Positions 49,346 to 60,845 of a stretch of DNA of 64,000 nt are shown one piece after another. Position 1 is the first letter of the stretch; every line of letters begins with the position of its first letter. Where the stretch lies: NCBI GenBank assembly GCA_965200395.1, contig CBDAUH010000003.1, forward strand, positions 810,398 to 874,397, given 5' to 3'. Origin of the DNA: Candidatus Poribacteria bacterium (GTDB lineage Bacteria > Poribacteria > WGA-4E > WGA-3G). The translations under genes and the position numbers were made by a program. The notes beneath the pieces were generated by a model. The model searched no databases, was not told the DNA's origin, and saw nothing but the letters and a program-made list of their open reading frames with translations.

Positions 49346-50061
49346 TCATTACAAATAGGGTTGAGTACTGCAATCAAATCACTTTCTTTTTCAAACCGCA
49401 AAAATTCAGTTTTCTCAGGGTGTATGCAGATAGTATTCCCTCCCTTTTTTTTAACGCAATCGAATTTTTTAGGGTCATAAAAGCTGCTTTCCAATGATCC
49501 TGTTTGACCGATATACAAGGGTTCATGAATGTTTTTTCCTGATACGGTACGACGTTTTGTGAATATAAAGACCGCTCCGACACCTGGAAACTCCGACAAA
49601 ATGTGATAACACTCAAACTGGTATGGTGTACCTGAAACACCTATAAAAGTTTCAATCTCTCCGCTTGGTACATTGCTATCCGAATAATAGTCTCGCCAGC
49701 GGTGTTTCATAGCCCACCTACGAATTGTTGCTGGTGGTAGTCCGGTGGCTTCCCCTACGATCGTAGCAAGTTTGTGGTGGGGTTCCCCTGCCTGTTGTGC
49801 TTCAATGTAAATTGCTTTCGCCTTCTGATAGCTACCTCTGGACTTATGTGCAATATCACGGCGGGGTGGTGATGTGAAAGATCTATCATCGGTGTATCCC
49901 CATGCGTTCAATGCTTGTTCCCATTCAGGTTCTTTTGACCATCGTTCTATGGTGCGTTCTGTTACGCCGAAGTGATTAGCAATTTTCTTTTTATCGCGTG
50001 AGACATGGGCAAAGTAAAACGCTGCGCCGTGAATCATCGCAAGGTCTTTGGTTCTAGCCAT
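49342..50061 (-). CDS. HTH-domain protein with C-terminal GIY-YIG-like nuclease motif (GAVFIF…LYIGQTGSL); paralog of the IS-disrupted gene at the window start
   Basis: Shared block AGEP(K/H)HKLATI…ATGLP…IRRWA. GIY…YIG-like spacing in the C-terminal domain. Confidence 0.45.
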   Translation of the reverse strand: MARTKDLAMIHGAAFYFAHVSRDKKKIANHFGVTERTIERWSKEPEWEQALNAWGYTDDRSFTSPPRRDIAHKSRGSYQKAKAIYIEAQQAGEPHHKLATIVGEATGLPPATIRRWAMKHRWRDYYSDSNVPSGEIETFIGVSGTPYQFECYHILSEFPGVGAVFIFTKRRTVSGKNIHEPLYIGQTGSLESSFYDPKKFDCVKKKGGNTICIHPEKTEFLRFEKESDLIAVLNPICNE

Positions 50062-50532
50062 TTTTTATTTACCTCTAGTTTAGCTTGTTGTACTTTGTTA
50101 AATGGTTGACTGAAATTCTCTATAATGTTTTTTCTATTTTTCGAAAATAAAGTATAATAGTATAATTAAATACAATTTTACGACATATACAGATTCACAT
50201 ATTTCGTCTTGAAAAATAAATGTATTTGTGAAATATCTATATATAGTCCACTGTTATTCATATTTAATTATATTACAAAATAAATCTAAAGTCAAATAAT
50301 TATTTCTTATTATTTTATCGTATTAATGTATAAAACGATATATTATATTGATACTATAATTCAAGAGGGATAGTCACTGGTTGTATCGTTATTTCTGATT
50401 ATATCATTTGAACATCTTTGATCTTGGGAATTATTTCGTTGATATTCATCACCATGTGTGCTATATTGTTTAATAAAATCTTAATAAAATCATTGAACCA
50501 CAATTTTCCGTAATCCAAAGATGGAGGTTGAG

Positions 50533-51981
50533 ATGTCTAACGACCGTCCCAATATTCTTTTGATCACAACTGACCAGCAACGCGGTGACTGCCTGGGTAT
50601 TGACCCTGATGGTCCTACTTGCTTGCAAACGCCTAACTTAGACTGGATTGGTCACAGTGGTACTCATTTCCGCAGGGGGTATGCTGAGTGTCCGAGTTGT
50701 ATTCCTGCCCGGCGGGGTTTAATGACAGGTACTGCGCCAGCAGCCAACGGAATGGTTGGATATACAAGTGCACAATGGAATCCCCCACATACGTTGGCTG
50801 GTGAATTGTCTGCAGCTGGTTATCAAACCGAGATGATCGGGAAATTACATCTATCTCCACCACGTAAACGATACGGTTTCGATCATATCCAATTGTCCGA
50901 TGCTACGCATGGTACTGCCAACAATGACTACGTTGAATGGTTGCAACAATACCATCGTCGTAATGACTTTGAGCCTGGTATGGCACACGGTGTTTCTGCA
51001 AACGGATGGGTTGGTCGTCCACATCACCTGCCTGAAGAGCAGATGCACACCTTTTGGTGTGTGGACCGCGCCCTTAGGTTCCTTCGAAAACGCGATCCAT
51101 CAGTGCCCTTTTTCCTCAATATATCCTTTATAGATCCACATCCGCCGCTGACACCGCCGGCGCACTATTACCAGCGATACATACAGCGGGATCTTCCGCT
51201 TCCAATTGGCGGCGAATGGTCATTAGATCTTGATCTCGATCAGAAAGGTTTAAATCCAAATGCTTGGGAGATTGACCTTGATAGATATGACATGCAATGT
51301 GCGCGTGCTGCCTATTACGGGATGATCAATTTCGTTGACGATCAGATTGGTCGGCTGCTTCAAAACATGGGTAATCTGAATGACTGTTTCGTTATTTTTA
51401 CTTCTGACCACGGTGAGATGTTGGGTGATCATAACATGTTCCGAAAAACCTTTCCATATCAGGCTAGTGCAAGGGTGCCTTTTCTAATGCGGGCTCCTGC
51501 GAAATGGCGTTATCCGAAAGAGATACGTTGTGATAGTCCTGTCGGGCTGCAGGACATCATGCCCACTATTCTTGACGCTGCAAACATTGGAATGCCCGAT
51601 ACCTGTACCGGTAAAAGTCTACTACCTATCATGCAAGGTGATACTGATCGGGTAAGGGATTGTTTACACGGGGAGCACTCCGGTTGCTACAATTATAAGC
51701 ACGGCAATCACTATGTGACTGATGGAAACTACAAATACATCTGGTATTCCCAAACAGGGCGCGAACATCTCTTCAATTTGCATGAGGATCCGCATGAAAT
51801 AATGGATTTAGCACTTGAGGACGATGCGGAAACGCGCTTAACCCCTTGGCGAAATCGTCTGATTGCGTTCCTCCGTGACCGTCCCGAAGGTTTCACAGAT
51901 GGCACTAGACTGATAGTAGGGCAACGTCATGATGCATTGCTACCGGACTATCATCCTGATGCTACCTATCCTTATTTGTAA
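50533..51981 (+). CDS. Sulfatase (arylsulfatase family)
   Basis: Sulfatase N-terminus (NILLITTDQQR) and the C-x-P-x-R formylglycine motif (CIPAR). The ORF is open from 50521; start placed at MSNDRPN. Confidence 0.8.
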   Translation: MSNDRPNILLITTDQQRGDCLGIDPDGPTCLQTPNLDWIGHSGTHFRRGYAECPSCIPARRGLMTGTAPAANGMVGYTSAQWNPPHTLAGELSAAGYQTEMIGKLHLSPPRKRYGFDHIQLSDATHGTANNDYVEWLQQYHRRNDFEPGMAHGVSANGWVGRPHHLPEEQMHTFWCVDRALRFLRKRDPSVPFFLNISFIDPHPPLTPPAHYYQRYIQRDLPLPIGGEWSLDLDLDQKGLNPNAWEIDLDRYDMQCARAAYYGMINFVDDQIGRLLQNMGNLNDCFVIFTSDHGEMLGDHNMFRKTFPYQASARVPFLMRAPAKWRYPKEIRCDSPVGLQDIMPTILDAANIGMPDTCTGKSLLPIMQGDTDRVRDCLHGEHSGCYNYKHGNHYVTDGNYKYIWYSQTGREHLFNLHEDPHEIMDLALEDDAETRLTPWRNRLIAFLRDRPEGFTDGTRLIVGQRHDALLPDYHPDATYPYL

Positions 51982-51994
51982 CGTGAGTTACGAA

Positions 51995-52135
51995 GAGAGA
52001 TGCCTACTCTGTAAAGGTTATGCTACAACGGCACAACCTGGAAAGGTTATGCTACGAAGAGAGATGCCTACTCTGTAAAGGTTATGCTATAATGGCACAA
52101 CTTGTAAAGGTTATGCTACAAAATATGCTTCATAA
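51995..52135. repeat. Cluster of four copies of the dispersed GTAAAGGTTATGCTACAA / CACAACCTGGAAAGGTTATGCTAC repeat
   Basis: Copies at about 52003, 52033, 52072 and 52102. The same motif occurs at 18868-18990, 24884-24912 and 41038-41062. Confidence 0.8.
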
Positions 52136-52230
52136 CTCACGTTATAGTAGGATTCATAATTAGGTTTACGGACGAAAGGGACCCCCTTTATCCCCCGCAA
52201 GCGGGGGGAGATAAGATAGGAGTTAAAACA

Positions 52231-54642
52231 GTGAAGAGGTTATTTCTAATGTTGGTATCATTTTTCTTTGTGATATTGTGTTTATTACCTGTCTTTGCGC
52301 AATACGAACCTTACACACAAGTGGGGTTACCTGAAGGTGCTGCTGCCCGTTTTGGCAAAGGGTGGATAAAAGAAATAATGTATTCCCCAGATGGCACTCG
52401 GTTTGCTGTCGTAACTACTATTGGGGTTTGGATTTACGATGCACAGACAGGAGAAGAGCTTGATCTGATAACAGGAGGGCATACGGATGGCGTTTATGCT
52501 GCTGCGTATTCTCCAGATAGCAAAACAATCATAACTGGTGGAATAGACGGTACAGTGCAATTATGGAACACACGCACCAGAAAAACCATAAGAACTTTCA
52601 AAGTGAATGAGGCATATATAGGTTATATAAGATATTCACCTGATGGTCAGACAATCGCAATAAGAGGTGCAGAAAATACGATAGAACTGTGGGATGTACG
52701 CATAGGAAAACACCTTAAATCACTCTCTGGGCATGAAGAACCAAGTGCTCTTTACGAGGGGCATCCTGAGGTGTCTATTTCCTCATTTGCGTATTCTCCT
52801 GATGGTAAAACAATCGTGAGTGGTGGCGCGGACAAAACAGTACGCTTATGGGATGCGCGCACAGGAGAAAACATAAAAACACTTATAGGACATACAGAGA
52901 CGGTCGTTGCAGTAGCATATTCGCCAGATGGTGATACTATCGTAAGTGCAAGCAGGGACAAGACGGTACGATTGTGGGATGCACACACAAAGGAAAGCAT
53001 AAATACTCTCACAGGACATAAAGATATAATCGTCTCAGTCGCTTATTCTCCTGATGGAAATATCATCGTATCTGGTGGTTGGGATGGCATGTTACATCGG
53101 TGGGATGCACACACCGGACAATCTCTAAAAGCTTATGAAATATACACAGGTGTCCTCTATTTTTCACGTGGACACGCGGGTGCAATCACACATATTGCAT
53201 ATTCTCCAGATGGTAATACAATTGCAACTGTTGGTGAAGATGGTCTTATGCAGTGGTGGGATGCACATATTGGTGAAAAACGTAATACATTCATAGGTCA
53301 TAGCCCACATTCCGTTAAGTATTCTACAGATGGTAAGATGCTTGTAATTCAGATAGGGAAAGAGGCTCAGTTACGGGATGCATCTACTGGAAAATATCTG
53401 AGTACCCTGAAAGGAAGTCGTTATAATATAGAACATATCGTATTTTCACCAAAGGGCGATATCATTGCAATTTCAACTGCTGCTGGTACATTGGGATTGT
53501 GGGATGCCTCCACTGGGAAGATAATAAAAATGTTGATACAAAATGTTGATGCTGAAGACTTTACACTCGCCTGGCACTTCTTCCCCGTGTTCTCACCGGA
53601 TGGGAGGATGATCGCAGTTAAACAGGAGAAACAACAGGCGGTGAAGGTTTGGAAGACAAGCACGGGAGAACTCGTAAATACACTTGCAGGACATGAGAGG
53701 CCTCTCAGTTCTCGTTCTCTAATTTTTTCTCCGAATGGCAAAACGATATTAACAAAAACATTCGTCAGATTTGGTAAAGGTGGTACTGTGCGTCTATGGA
53801 ATGTTGCTACTGCAGAAAAGATTATGGAATATGAGAATATAGAGAATTCTCCTGTGTTTGTGTACTCACCTGATAGCAAAACGCTTGCAACAGATTACAC
53901 TGATAATTCTGTACGGCTGTGGGATACAACTACTGGAGAAAACATAAAGACATTTATAGGACCGGATAAGGTTTATCCGGTGATGTATGGACAGGATGGC
54001 AAAACTCTTGCAACGCGTAGTAAAAATATATTTCGATTGTGGGATATAGTCACTGGAGAAAACATAAAGACGCTCAAAATGCCAAGTGGTTCAAGAACTA
54101 AATTGGTGTATTCACCTGATGGTGATATACTTGCGCTTACAAGTTATTGGTGGGATAAAACAGCATCGCTTTGGAATCTCACCACGGGGGAGTCTCTCAC
54201 AAAATTTAAAAAACATAGTGAAGGAATTTTCGGATGGCAACCATTTAAAAAGTCTAATAATCAGTGGGATCTCATCAATTGGAAGATTTTTTCCCCAACA
54301 CGTGATACACTTATGATTGTGATGGAATACGGTAAAATACGGTTATGGGATCTTCACACAGGGGAACCAATAGGAAAACCAATTCACCTTAAAGATCAAC
54401 ACGTGAGTAGGTCAAGCCGCATAGGAAAAGCTTTTTATTCACCAGATGGTAAAATGTTGGCAACATACCCATTGTCTCATAAGGGATATTTGCGACTATG
54501 GAAAGCATCTACGGGTAAGCTTATGAAAACATTTCCATGGCTTACGAATCTGTACAACGACAAAATCAAGTTTTCTCCAGACAGTCGTAAGATCATAACA
54601 GAACATACCAATGGCACAGTACTAATCTGGGAAATCCCATAA
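52231..54642 (+). CDS. WD40-repeat beta-propeller protein with signal peptide (803 aa)
   Basis: Many canonical WD repeats (…GH.D.V..VA.SPDG..I.SGS.D.TVRLWD…). N-terminal signal. Confidence 0.85.
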   Translation: MKRLFLMLVSFFFVILCLLPVFAQYEPYTQVGLPEGAAARFGKGWIKEIMYSPDGTRFAVVTTIGVWIYDAQTGEELDLITGGHTDGVYAAAYSPDSKTIITGGIDGTVQLWNTRTRKTIRTFKVNEAYIGYIRYSPDGQTIAIRGAENTIELWDVRIGKHLKSLSGHEEPSALYEGHPEVSISSFAYSPDGKTIVSGGADKTVRLWDARTGENIKTLIGHTETVVAVAYSPDGDTIVSASRDKTVRLWDAHTKESINTLTGHKDIIVSVAYSPDGNIIVSGGWDGMLHRWDAHTGQSLKAYEIYTGVLYFSRGHAGAITHIAYSPDGNTIATVGEDGLMQWWDAHIGEKRNTFIGHSPHSVKYSTDGKMLVIQIGKEAQLRDASTGKYLSTLKGSRYNIEHIVFSPKGDIIAISTAAGTLGLWDASTGKIIKMLIQNVDAEDFTLAWHFFPVFSPDGRMIAVKQEKQQAVKVWKTSTGELVNTLAGHERPLSSRSLIFSPNGKTILTKTFVRFGKGGTVRLWNVATAEKIMEYENIENSPVFVYSPDSKTLATDYTDNSVRLWDTTTGENIKTFIGPDKVYPVMYGQDGKTLATRSKNIFRLWDIVTGENIKTLKMPSGSRTKLVYSPDGDILALTSYWWDKTASLWNLTTGESLTKFKKHSEGIFGWQPFKKSNNQWDLINWKIFSPTRDTLMIVMEYGKIRLWDLHTGEPIGKPIHLKDQHVSRSSRIGKAFYSPDGKMLATYPLSHKGYLRLWKASTGKLMKTFPWLTNLYNDKIKFSPDSRKIITEHTNGTVLIWEIP

Positions 54643-54689
54643 CGATAGACTTCATACACCCAACAAATAACAGACATGAGGAAATTTGA

Positions 54690-55481
54690 GTGAAAAACGT
54701 TGCTGTGATTACCGGTGCGGCAAGTGGCATCGGACGTGGTATGGCGGAACGTTTCGCTGCGGAAGGAATGTCAGTTGTCCTTGCAGATATTGAAGGGGAA
54801 CCGTTGGTCAAACTTGAGGCAGACCTGCATGCTAAGGGTGTGAACGTTCTTGCTGTCAGGATGGATGTCTCAAATGCTGAAGATGTTGAGGATCTTGCGG
54901 TGCGAACATATAATGCTTTTGGTGCGGTGCATATTCTTTGCAACAATGCGGGTGTTGTCTGTAGTCGTCCTATCTGGGAACATACACTTGCAGATTGGGA
55001 ATGGGTGTTAGGCGTTAACCTATGGGGTGTAATTCATGGGGTACGGGCGTTTGTGCCGCGCATGCTTGAACAAGAGACTGAATGTCATATTGTCAATACT
55101 GCTTCTATCCTCGGTTTAGTGCGTGGTCCGGGTGAAGGTATCTATAAGGTGAGCAAGCATGGTGTAGTTGCACTTTCAGAGACTCTTGCTGATGAGTTGG
55201 CACTAAAAGGATCAAAAATTCATGTGCATGTGTTGTGTCCTGGGTGGGTGCGGACAGGGATTTTAGACTCCTCGCGAAACCGTCCAAATGGTGAATCTCA
55301 CCACCATAATCGCAATAATATAGATAACCGAAATGTGCGTGCTGAGATGGAATCAGGGATGTCTCCTGCGGAAATAGCAGATCATGTCTACAATGCTATC
55401 CGGAACGGTACATTCTGTATACACACGCATCCGGAGCATAAGGCCTGGGTGCGGGCGCGTATGGAAGGTATCCTCAAATAA
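54690..55481 (+). CDS. Short-chain dehydrogenase/reductase (SDR)
   Basis: TGAASGIGRG cofactor motif and YKVSKHG (YxxxK). GTG start. Confidence 0.8.
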   Translation: MKNVAVITGAASGIGRGMAERFAAEGMSVVLADIEGEPLVKLEADLHAKGVNVLAVRMDVSNAEDVEDLAVRTYNAFGAVHILCNNAGVVCSRPIWEHTLADWEWVLGVNLWGVIHGVRAFVPRMLEQETECHIVNTASILGLVRGPGEGIYKVSKHGVVALSETLADELALKGSKIHVHVLCPGWVRTGILDSSRNRPNGESHHHNRNNIDNRNVRAEMESGMSPAEIADHVYNAIRNGTFCIHTHPEHKAWVRARMEGILK

Positions 55482-55654
55482 TCTGTACGCTGATTTCTTG
55501 AGTAGGAGGGGTTTCCAACCCATTATCATAAAATCTGATTTTAACCTGACAATTGAATACCTCTGCCCATTTACCAAATCGTCTTGCCAAATATACATTT
55601 TTCATTGTATACTATTTACAGATAAGAATAATCGTATGAAGGAGAATATGTAAC

Positions 55655-56653
55655 ATGAAAGTCAAAGCTACTTTTTTAATAGTCGGTATCATTTCATTAG
55701 TATTAGTATTAGTTTGTTTGTGTATACCTTTAACTGGATCTACACAACAGAAATCCGGTGAGAATTCAATCACAAAAGATATTTCGTTAGCACATATTGA
55801 TGGGAACACCACATTAAACTTAGACCTTGTTACACATTTAGGTCTAACTGACGTTGAAATAAGGAACCTTGCAGACAGTTTATCTATAGGAGTGTTAGGG
55901 AAAACCCCTGCTCCTGCTAAAGGTGTAACGATCGAAATACTACAACCTATAGATTCTAACCTTCGTCCGAATGCACTTGTCATTCGTGAAATCAAAACAT
56001 ATCCCGCCAAAGATATGAAGAATGTACAATTTAAAATTATAGATAAAGAGGTAGAGGGGTGGCTAAACGACAAAGATTTCTCAGTAGAGAAAATAGTGAA
56101 ACCTGATGAGGATAAAATACCGTTTGGGATTGAAAATACTGTTTTGATCAAAATCTACAACACCACTAAAAGTCGTATCAGCCTAAAGAATTGGCAAATT
56201 CGCTTTACTTATGGTACTACCGAAGATGCCGTTGTTGAGCGGGTAGTTGATAGGATGAGTAATGTGAATGAAAGGGAATGGAAACCGGTGAAACGGCCCA
56301 AACTAGTAGGACCGCTATATGATTCTTTATATGATTCTTATGGTGTCACATTATTACGCAAGATTGATTTCAAATTTTTCAATGATCCGACAAAAACACA
56401 AAAGGAACAATTGTCTGCTATTTCAGATGGTACGCATAAAACAGGTTGGGACATCAAGATGTCGCTTAATTTGCCTCAATGGGTTGAAGTCCACGATCCC
56501 ACTAGGCAATTGGGACACTCCAAAGGACGGGTTATACTTGTCATCCCGAATGAAAATGTGAATGTTAAAGATTTACCTAAGGTCGATACACGAATCATCG
56601 TTAAACCTCGTAAACGGATCAACGAAAGTCAACCACCGGCCGATGATCGGTAA
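55655..56653 (+). CDS. Hypothetical secreted/membrane-anchored protein
   Basis: N-terminal hydrophobic segment. First gene of a three-gene cluster also containing 56677 and 57180. Confidence 0.35.
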   Translation: MKVKATFLIVGIISLVLVLVCLCIPLTGSTQQKSGENSITKDISLAHIDGNTTLNLDLVTHLGLTDVEIRNLADSLSIGVLGKTPAPAKGVTIEILQPIDSNLRPNALVIREIKTYPAKDMKNVQFKIIDKEVEGWLNDKDFSVEKIVKPDEDKIPFGIENTVLIKIYNTTKSRISLKNWQIRFTYGTTEDAVVERVVDRMSNVNEREWKPVKRPKLVGPLYDSLYDSYGVTLLRKIDFKFFNDPTKTQKEQLSAISDGTHKTGWDIKMSLNLPQWVEVHDPTRQLGHSKGRVILVIPNENVNVKDLPKVDTRIIVKPRKRINESQPPADDR

Positions 56654-56676
56654 TAATTCAATAGGAGAGATTTGAC

Positions 56677-57177
56677 GTGCTTCGCTTAAACCGGCAAAAT
56701 TGGGTAGTCATGCTTGTCTGCGTTTGTACATTCACACTGCAGGCATGCGGAACAGGAGAGATCCAAAACTTTGAAGGTATCAGCATTCTGACTGAACCGC
56801 GTGTGAATCGGATAAACGTCACAATCTATTTAACTGATAAGCACGGAATTCCACTGATATGGAATCAAAGCATTCTCAGTCCAGGTGTCGGTGTAAGTAC
56901 CCTTTCTGATGCTGATTTTGCGACCAACGCAAAGGTTTATTCAATGCGTAACGGTGAGATACATCGGAAGGTTTATGACGGTAGACTTATTGATGTGCGA
57001 TGGGCACAGGAAGTGAATAGTCTTGACAGACTTTTGAGGGCACAGATCCCACTCAGGTTGATTGAAGAAGACCCTGAACGCGATACGTACAAAGGGGTTA
57101 TTACTGTTGAAATAAAGACCGATAAACAAGGGCCTTTTTCGGATATTGATGAAGATGCTATTATCTATTCGAGGTAA
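56677..57177 (+). CDS. Hypothetical lipoprotein
   Basis: Signal peptide with a Cys (…FTLQACG). Tightly linked to the flanking genes. Confidence 0.35.
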   Translation: MLRLNRQNWVVMLVCVCTFTLQACGTGEIQNFEGISILTEPRVNRINVTIYLTDKHGIPLIWNQSILSPGVGVSTLSDADFATNAKVYSMRNGEIHRKVYDGRLIDVRWAQEVNSLDRLLRAQIPLRLIEEDPERDTYKGVITVEIKTDKQGPFSDIDEDAIIYSR

Positions 57178-57179
57178 CG

Positions 57180-58034
57180 ATGCCAATTCACACACAGAAC
57201 TATAGACATTGGGAAGGCACATTGAATCCTCGAAACCACACGCGGTGGTGGGTTATTGCCAAGGCAGAGTTAAAATTACTTGCTAAACGCAAAATTGTCC
57301 GATTGATTGTAGCGGGCCCTCCCGTAATCTACATCTTAGTTCACGCAATTCTTATCTATCTATTGAACCAGTTTGACACTATAGATTTTTTTGAGATTGA
57401 CTCTGCATTTTTTCAAAATTTTCTCTTTAGAATGCCTGCGCTATCTGGGTTTCTGGTTGCATTAATATCCATTTTTGGAGGTGCGGGATTAATTGCAAAC
57501 GATCTCAAAAGCAATGCTCTTTCTCTGTATCTCTCTAAACCTATTTCCTGGGTAGATTACCTTATCGGAAAATTCGCGGTAATCGGTATATTGCTTATCT
57601 GCCTGACATTGGTTCCGGGTTTATTGCTATTTCTCCAACACCTATTGTTATCAGACTATACCTTTTTCAAAGAATATTATTGGATCACCTTCTCAATTAT
57701 CATTTATTCAGTGGTGATCACTGTAATCAGCAGCCTATTGATGTTATTATTTTCATCACTTACCACAAATTCTCGGTATGCAACTATCGGTTTTTGTAGT
57801 GTTTGGTTTGGGTTACCTGTGATCGCGCTTATTCTGAGAGAGGTTTTTTCAACGAGCAGAGTCGCCATTGTCTCTATCTGGGCGAACTATGATAGACTCG
57901 GTACTGCTTTCTTTGGAGAAGAAGCTAAGTATGATGTACATTGGGCTTGGACGTTACTTGTTCTATTTGCGTTGTCTGCGGTATGTATCTTCGTTTTGCG
58001 TCTGCGGATACGCGCAGTGCAAATTGTTAAATAG
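57180..58034 (+). CDS. Polytopic membrane protein (ABC-2-type permease-like)
   Basis: Six or more hydrophobic segments. Start overlaps the preceding stop (ATGA). Confidence 0.4.
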   Translation: MPIHTQNYRHWEGTLNPRNHTRWWVIAKAELKLLAKRKIVRLIVAGPPVIYILVHAILIYLLNQFDTIDFFEIDSAFFQNFLFRMPALSGFLVALISIFGGAGLIANDLKSNALSLYLSKPISWVDYLIGKFAVIGILLICLTLVPGLLLFLQHLLLSDYTFFKEYYWITFSIIIYSVVITVISSLLMLLFSSLTTNSRYATIGFCSVWFGLPVIALILREVFSTSRVAIVSIWANYDRLGTAFFGEEAKYDVHWAWTLLVLFALSAVCIFVLRLRIRAVQIVK

Positions 58035-58037
58035 TCA

Positions 58038-58895
58038 TTACTTTAATCTTGCGCCGTTTGCATCCCACATCTCGTGTTCAGAATAGGCCTGTGGTGGTGT
58101 TATCGGTGTAAGGGTCGGTGCCCAGTCTGGACGAAACTGTTGAATTAGTTGGACTGCGTTTTGATAGGCAATTCGTTCTTTCGTCTCATCGTCAAGTTTT
58201 GATTCTTCGATCTGTGATTGAACCAAACGGAAATCGTAATACGGTAGATCGCTGCCGAACATAATTTGCTCATTGCCGAGGTTATTGACAAGGTGTACTA
58301 TATCCCAACTTTCATCTCCTGCAGGTTTTTGAGCGACATCGTACCAAATATTTTCTTGCTTTGCACAATGTGCAATCGCATCAAGGTGGCCTGCTTTGTT
58401 CATTGAGACATGTCCGATGATGAAGGTTACTGTAGGGAACCTTTTTGCATACGCGGCGATATTTTGTGTGGAACCTGCTTGATGCAGCAGGCATAATCCG
58501 TTGTGCATAGCAACGACTTCAAGGAACGCGTGCAATTCCCCTCCGAGTGAATGTCCTGATAACGCCGGATGGCATACGAAGCCGACTAAGCTGTCCTCCT
58601 GCATGGCTCTGTCAAGTTCGTCTACACCTGCTTGTTCGTGTCGTACCTCTGCTATGCCGAGTCCGATGGGGAATCGTTCTGGGTACTTTCGACATGCATT
58701 TGCGATTACCTTGTTCTGTGCTCGCGTATCTAGTACACCTTGTGCCTGTGGTCCGCCAGCTGTTGGGCATGGAATCGCGCCGATAACATCTGCGGAGGCC
58801 ATCCGTGCTAAACATCTGCCGACACTCTGACCAATGACCGGTGCACGTGATACTGTCATGCCGATATGGCAATGTACATCAATATAGGGACGCAT
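58038..58895 (-). CDS. Amidohydrolase-2 family metal-dependent hydrolase (ACMSD-like)
   Basis: N-terminal IDVHCHIG metal-binding motif and conserved downstream His/Asp residues. Confidence 0.65.
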   Translation of the reverse strand: MRPYIDVHCHIGMTVSRAPVIGQSVGRCLARMASADVIGAIPCPTAGGPQAQGVLDTRAQNKVIANACRKYPERFPIGLGIAEVRHEQAGVDELDRAMQEDSLVGFVCHPALSGHSLGGELHAFLEVVAMHNGLCLLHQAGSTQNIAAYAKRFPTVTFIIGHVSMNKAGHLDAIAHCAKQENIWYDVAQKPAGDESWDIVHLVNNLGNEQIMFGSDLPYYDFRLVQSQIEESKLDDETKERIAYQNAVQLIQQFRPDWAPTLTPITPPQAYSEHEMWDANGARLK

Positions 58896-58912
58896 AAGAT
58901 ATCCTCTTTTAA

Positions 58913-59680
58913 TTAAAAGTTTGGAACTATTTCATAGGAATTGAAACCATCTGTTCTATCCTCACCCTGTAACAGATAAATTTTGTGTGTTGAACGCCAC
59001 TCAGCACCTGGATAACGTACATTGGCTGGCATATAACGCATTGTATAACCGCACCGTCGTTTTTGGGATACATTCGGGCTAGAATTATGGATCGTCCATG
59101 CATCGTGAAAATGGCACTCTCCTACCTCTAATTCCAAATTCACTGCTTTTGATTCATCTAAGTCTTCTTCCACGACTTCACTGCCAAATAGATTGTTCTG
59201 TCGTTTCACTGCTTCGTAGCGTCTGTCCCGGTAGTTATGGCTGCCTGGAATAACACGCATGCAGCCGTTTTCGACTTTGGACTCATCAACTGCAAGCCAC
59301 ATGGTGATAACATTCATCGGATCAAGAGATTTGCCCCAATAAACGCCGTCTTGGTGCCACGGTACTGCCATACCGTCGTTTTCACGTTTGCTTATAAAAT
59401 GGCTGGACCAAAGCAAGATATCTGGTCCGATAAAACGTTCAATTACCTTTAGTACATTCGGGTGTGTGAGATATTTGAAAAGGTAGGGATGTTCAAAGTG
59501 CGGGACATCCATCTGTTCGGGGCGTTTCCCCTCTGGCAAATTTTCGATCATGTCATCAACATAATCGCGAAGTTCGTCTAACTCTACTTCAGTGAAGATT
59601 CGTCCATAAGTAAGATAGCCGTTTTCTTTGTAAAATGTAACCTGTTCGTCGGAGACTGTTGTTTGTGTTTCCCAGCTCAT
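58913..59680 (-). CDS. PhyH-family Fe(II)/2OG dioxygenase
   Basis: PWHQDGVYW (His-x-Asp facial-triad motif). Similar to 42315..43172. Confidence 0.7.
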   Translation of the reverse strand: MSWETQTTVSDEQVTFYKENGYLTYGRIFTEVELDELRDYVDDMIENLPEGKRPEQMDVPHFEHPYLFKYLTHPNVLKVIERFIGPDILLWSSHFISKRENDGMAVPWHQDGVYWGKSLDPMNVITMWLAVDESKVENGCMRVIPGSHNYRDRRYEAVKRQNNLFGSEVVEEDLDESKAVNLELEVGECHFHDAWTIHNSSPNVSQKRRCGYTMRYMPANVRYPGAEWRSTHKIYLLQGEDRTDGFNSYEIVPNF

Positions 59681-59822
59681 GTGTCACCTGTTTCGTAGAA
59701 TGGAATCTAAATTCGGTTCAACAAAGTATAGCACATCATCGTTTTGTTGACCACAGTTTATTGATAGTAAGTAGGACATAGATTTGACTATTTGTCTTAC
59801 TTATGCTAAACTTTCGGTTATG

Positions 59823-60845
59823 AAAGTTGTAGTTGCGCCAGATTCATTTAAAGGGAGTGTTACTGCATTGCAAGCTGCGAATGCTGTTGAACAAGGGCTT
59901 CGGCGTGTGTTTCCGGATGCTGTTATAGATAAAGTGCCGATGGCAGATGGTGGAGAAGGCACAGTGCAATCTCTTGTTGATGCTACTGGTGGGAGCATTC
60001 AAACACAACGTGTACTTGGACCACTTGGAGACGAAGTTGAGGCAGAATTTGGTATTCTTGCGGATGGGCAGACTGCAGTGATTGAGATGGCATCTGCTTC
60101 TGGACTTACACTTGTTCCTCTTGATAAGCGTAATCCATTTGTGACGACTACCTATGGCACAGGCCAGCTTATCCGCGCTGCCTTCCGGGCAGGTTGTACA
60201 AAGTTAATCATCGGTATTGGGGGCAGTGCGACAAATGATGGTGGTGTTGGAATGGCGGAAGCTCTGGGTATCCAATTCCTGAACGCGGATGAGAAACCAA
60301 TTGAACGCGGTGGCGGTGGCCTCAGTGAATTGATGTCGATAGATATAGCAGGGTTACACCCCAAAGTTGCGGGTACAGAAACTGTTGTTGCATGTGATGT
60401 CAATAACCCATTGACTGGTTCGGAAGGGGCATCACACGTCTATGGTCCACAGAAAGGTGCAACGTCTGAGATGGTAGCAACACTTGATGCCAATCTTGAG
60501 CATTACGACGAGGTGTTGACTCGGACATTCGGACAGTCCTTTGGTAGCATTCCTGGAGCTGGTGCTGCGGGCGGATTAGGGGCAGGGTTGATGGCGTTTC
60601 TCAATGCTGAATTGAGATTGGGTGTTGATATTGTGATTGACACTGTGAAGCTAAAGGATCGGATGAAGGGGGCATCCCTTGTTATTACGGGTGAAGGACA
60701 ATTGGATTTTCAGACCGCATTTGGCAAGACTCCTGTCGGTGTTGCAAGGGTTGCAAAAGCGGATAATATCCCTGTCATTGCCATTGCAGGTGGTATTGGG
60801 ATGGAGCCGAATCTGTTTATGATGCGGGTATTGATGCAATGTTAG
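59823..60845 (+). pseudogene. Glycerate kinase with an apparent frameshift near 60810 (the C-terminus continues in the +1 frame to about 60990)
   Basis: Typical glycerate kinase N-terminus (VVAPDSFKGS). After …IAGGIG the frame ends, while the +1 frame encodes the expected …DAGIDAMLGIVQAP…AIGQRE C-terminus. Confidence 0.6.

Noticed and set aside
52150-52230. Hairpin CCCCCGCAAGCGGGGG upstream of the WD40 gene as a riboswitch or attenuator
   Set aside because: It is a single short GC hairpin without further conserved structure. More likely a terminator remnant or simple stem-loop.
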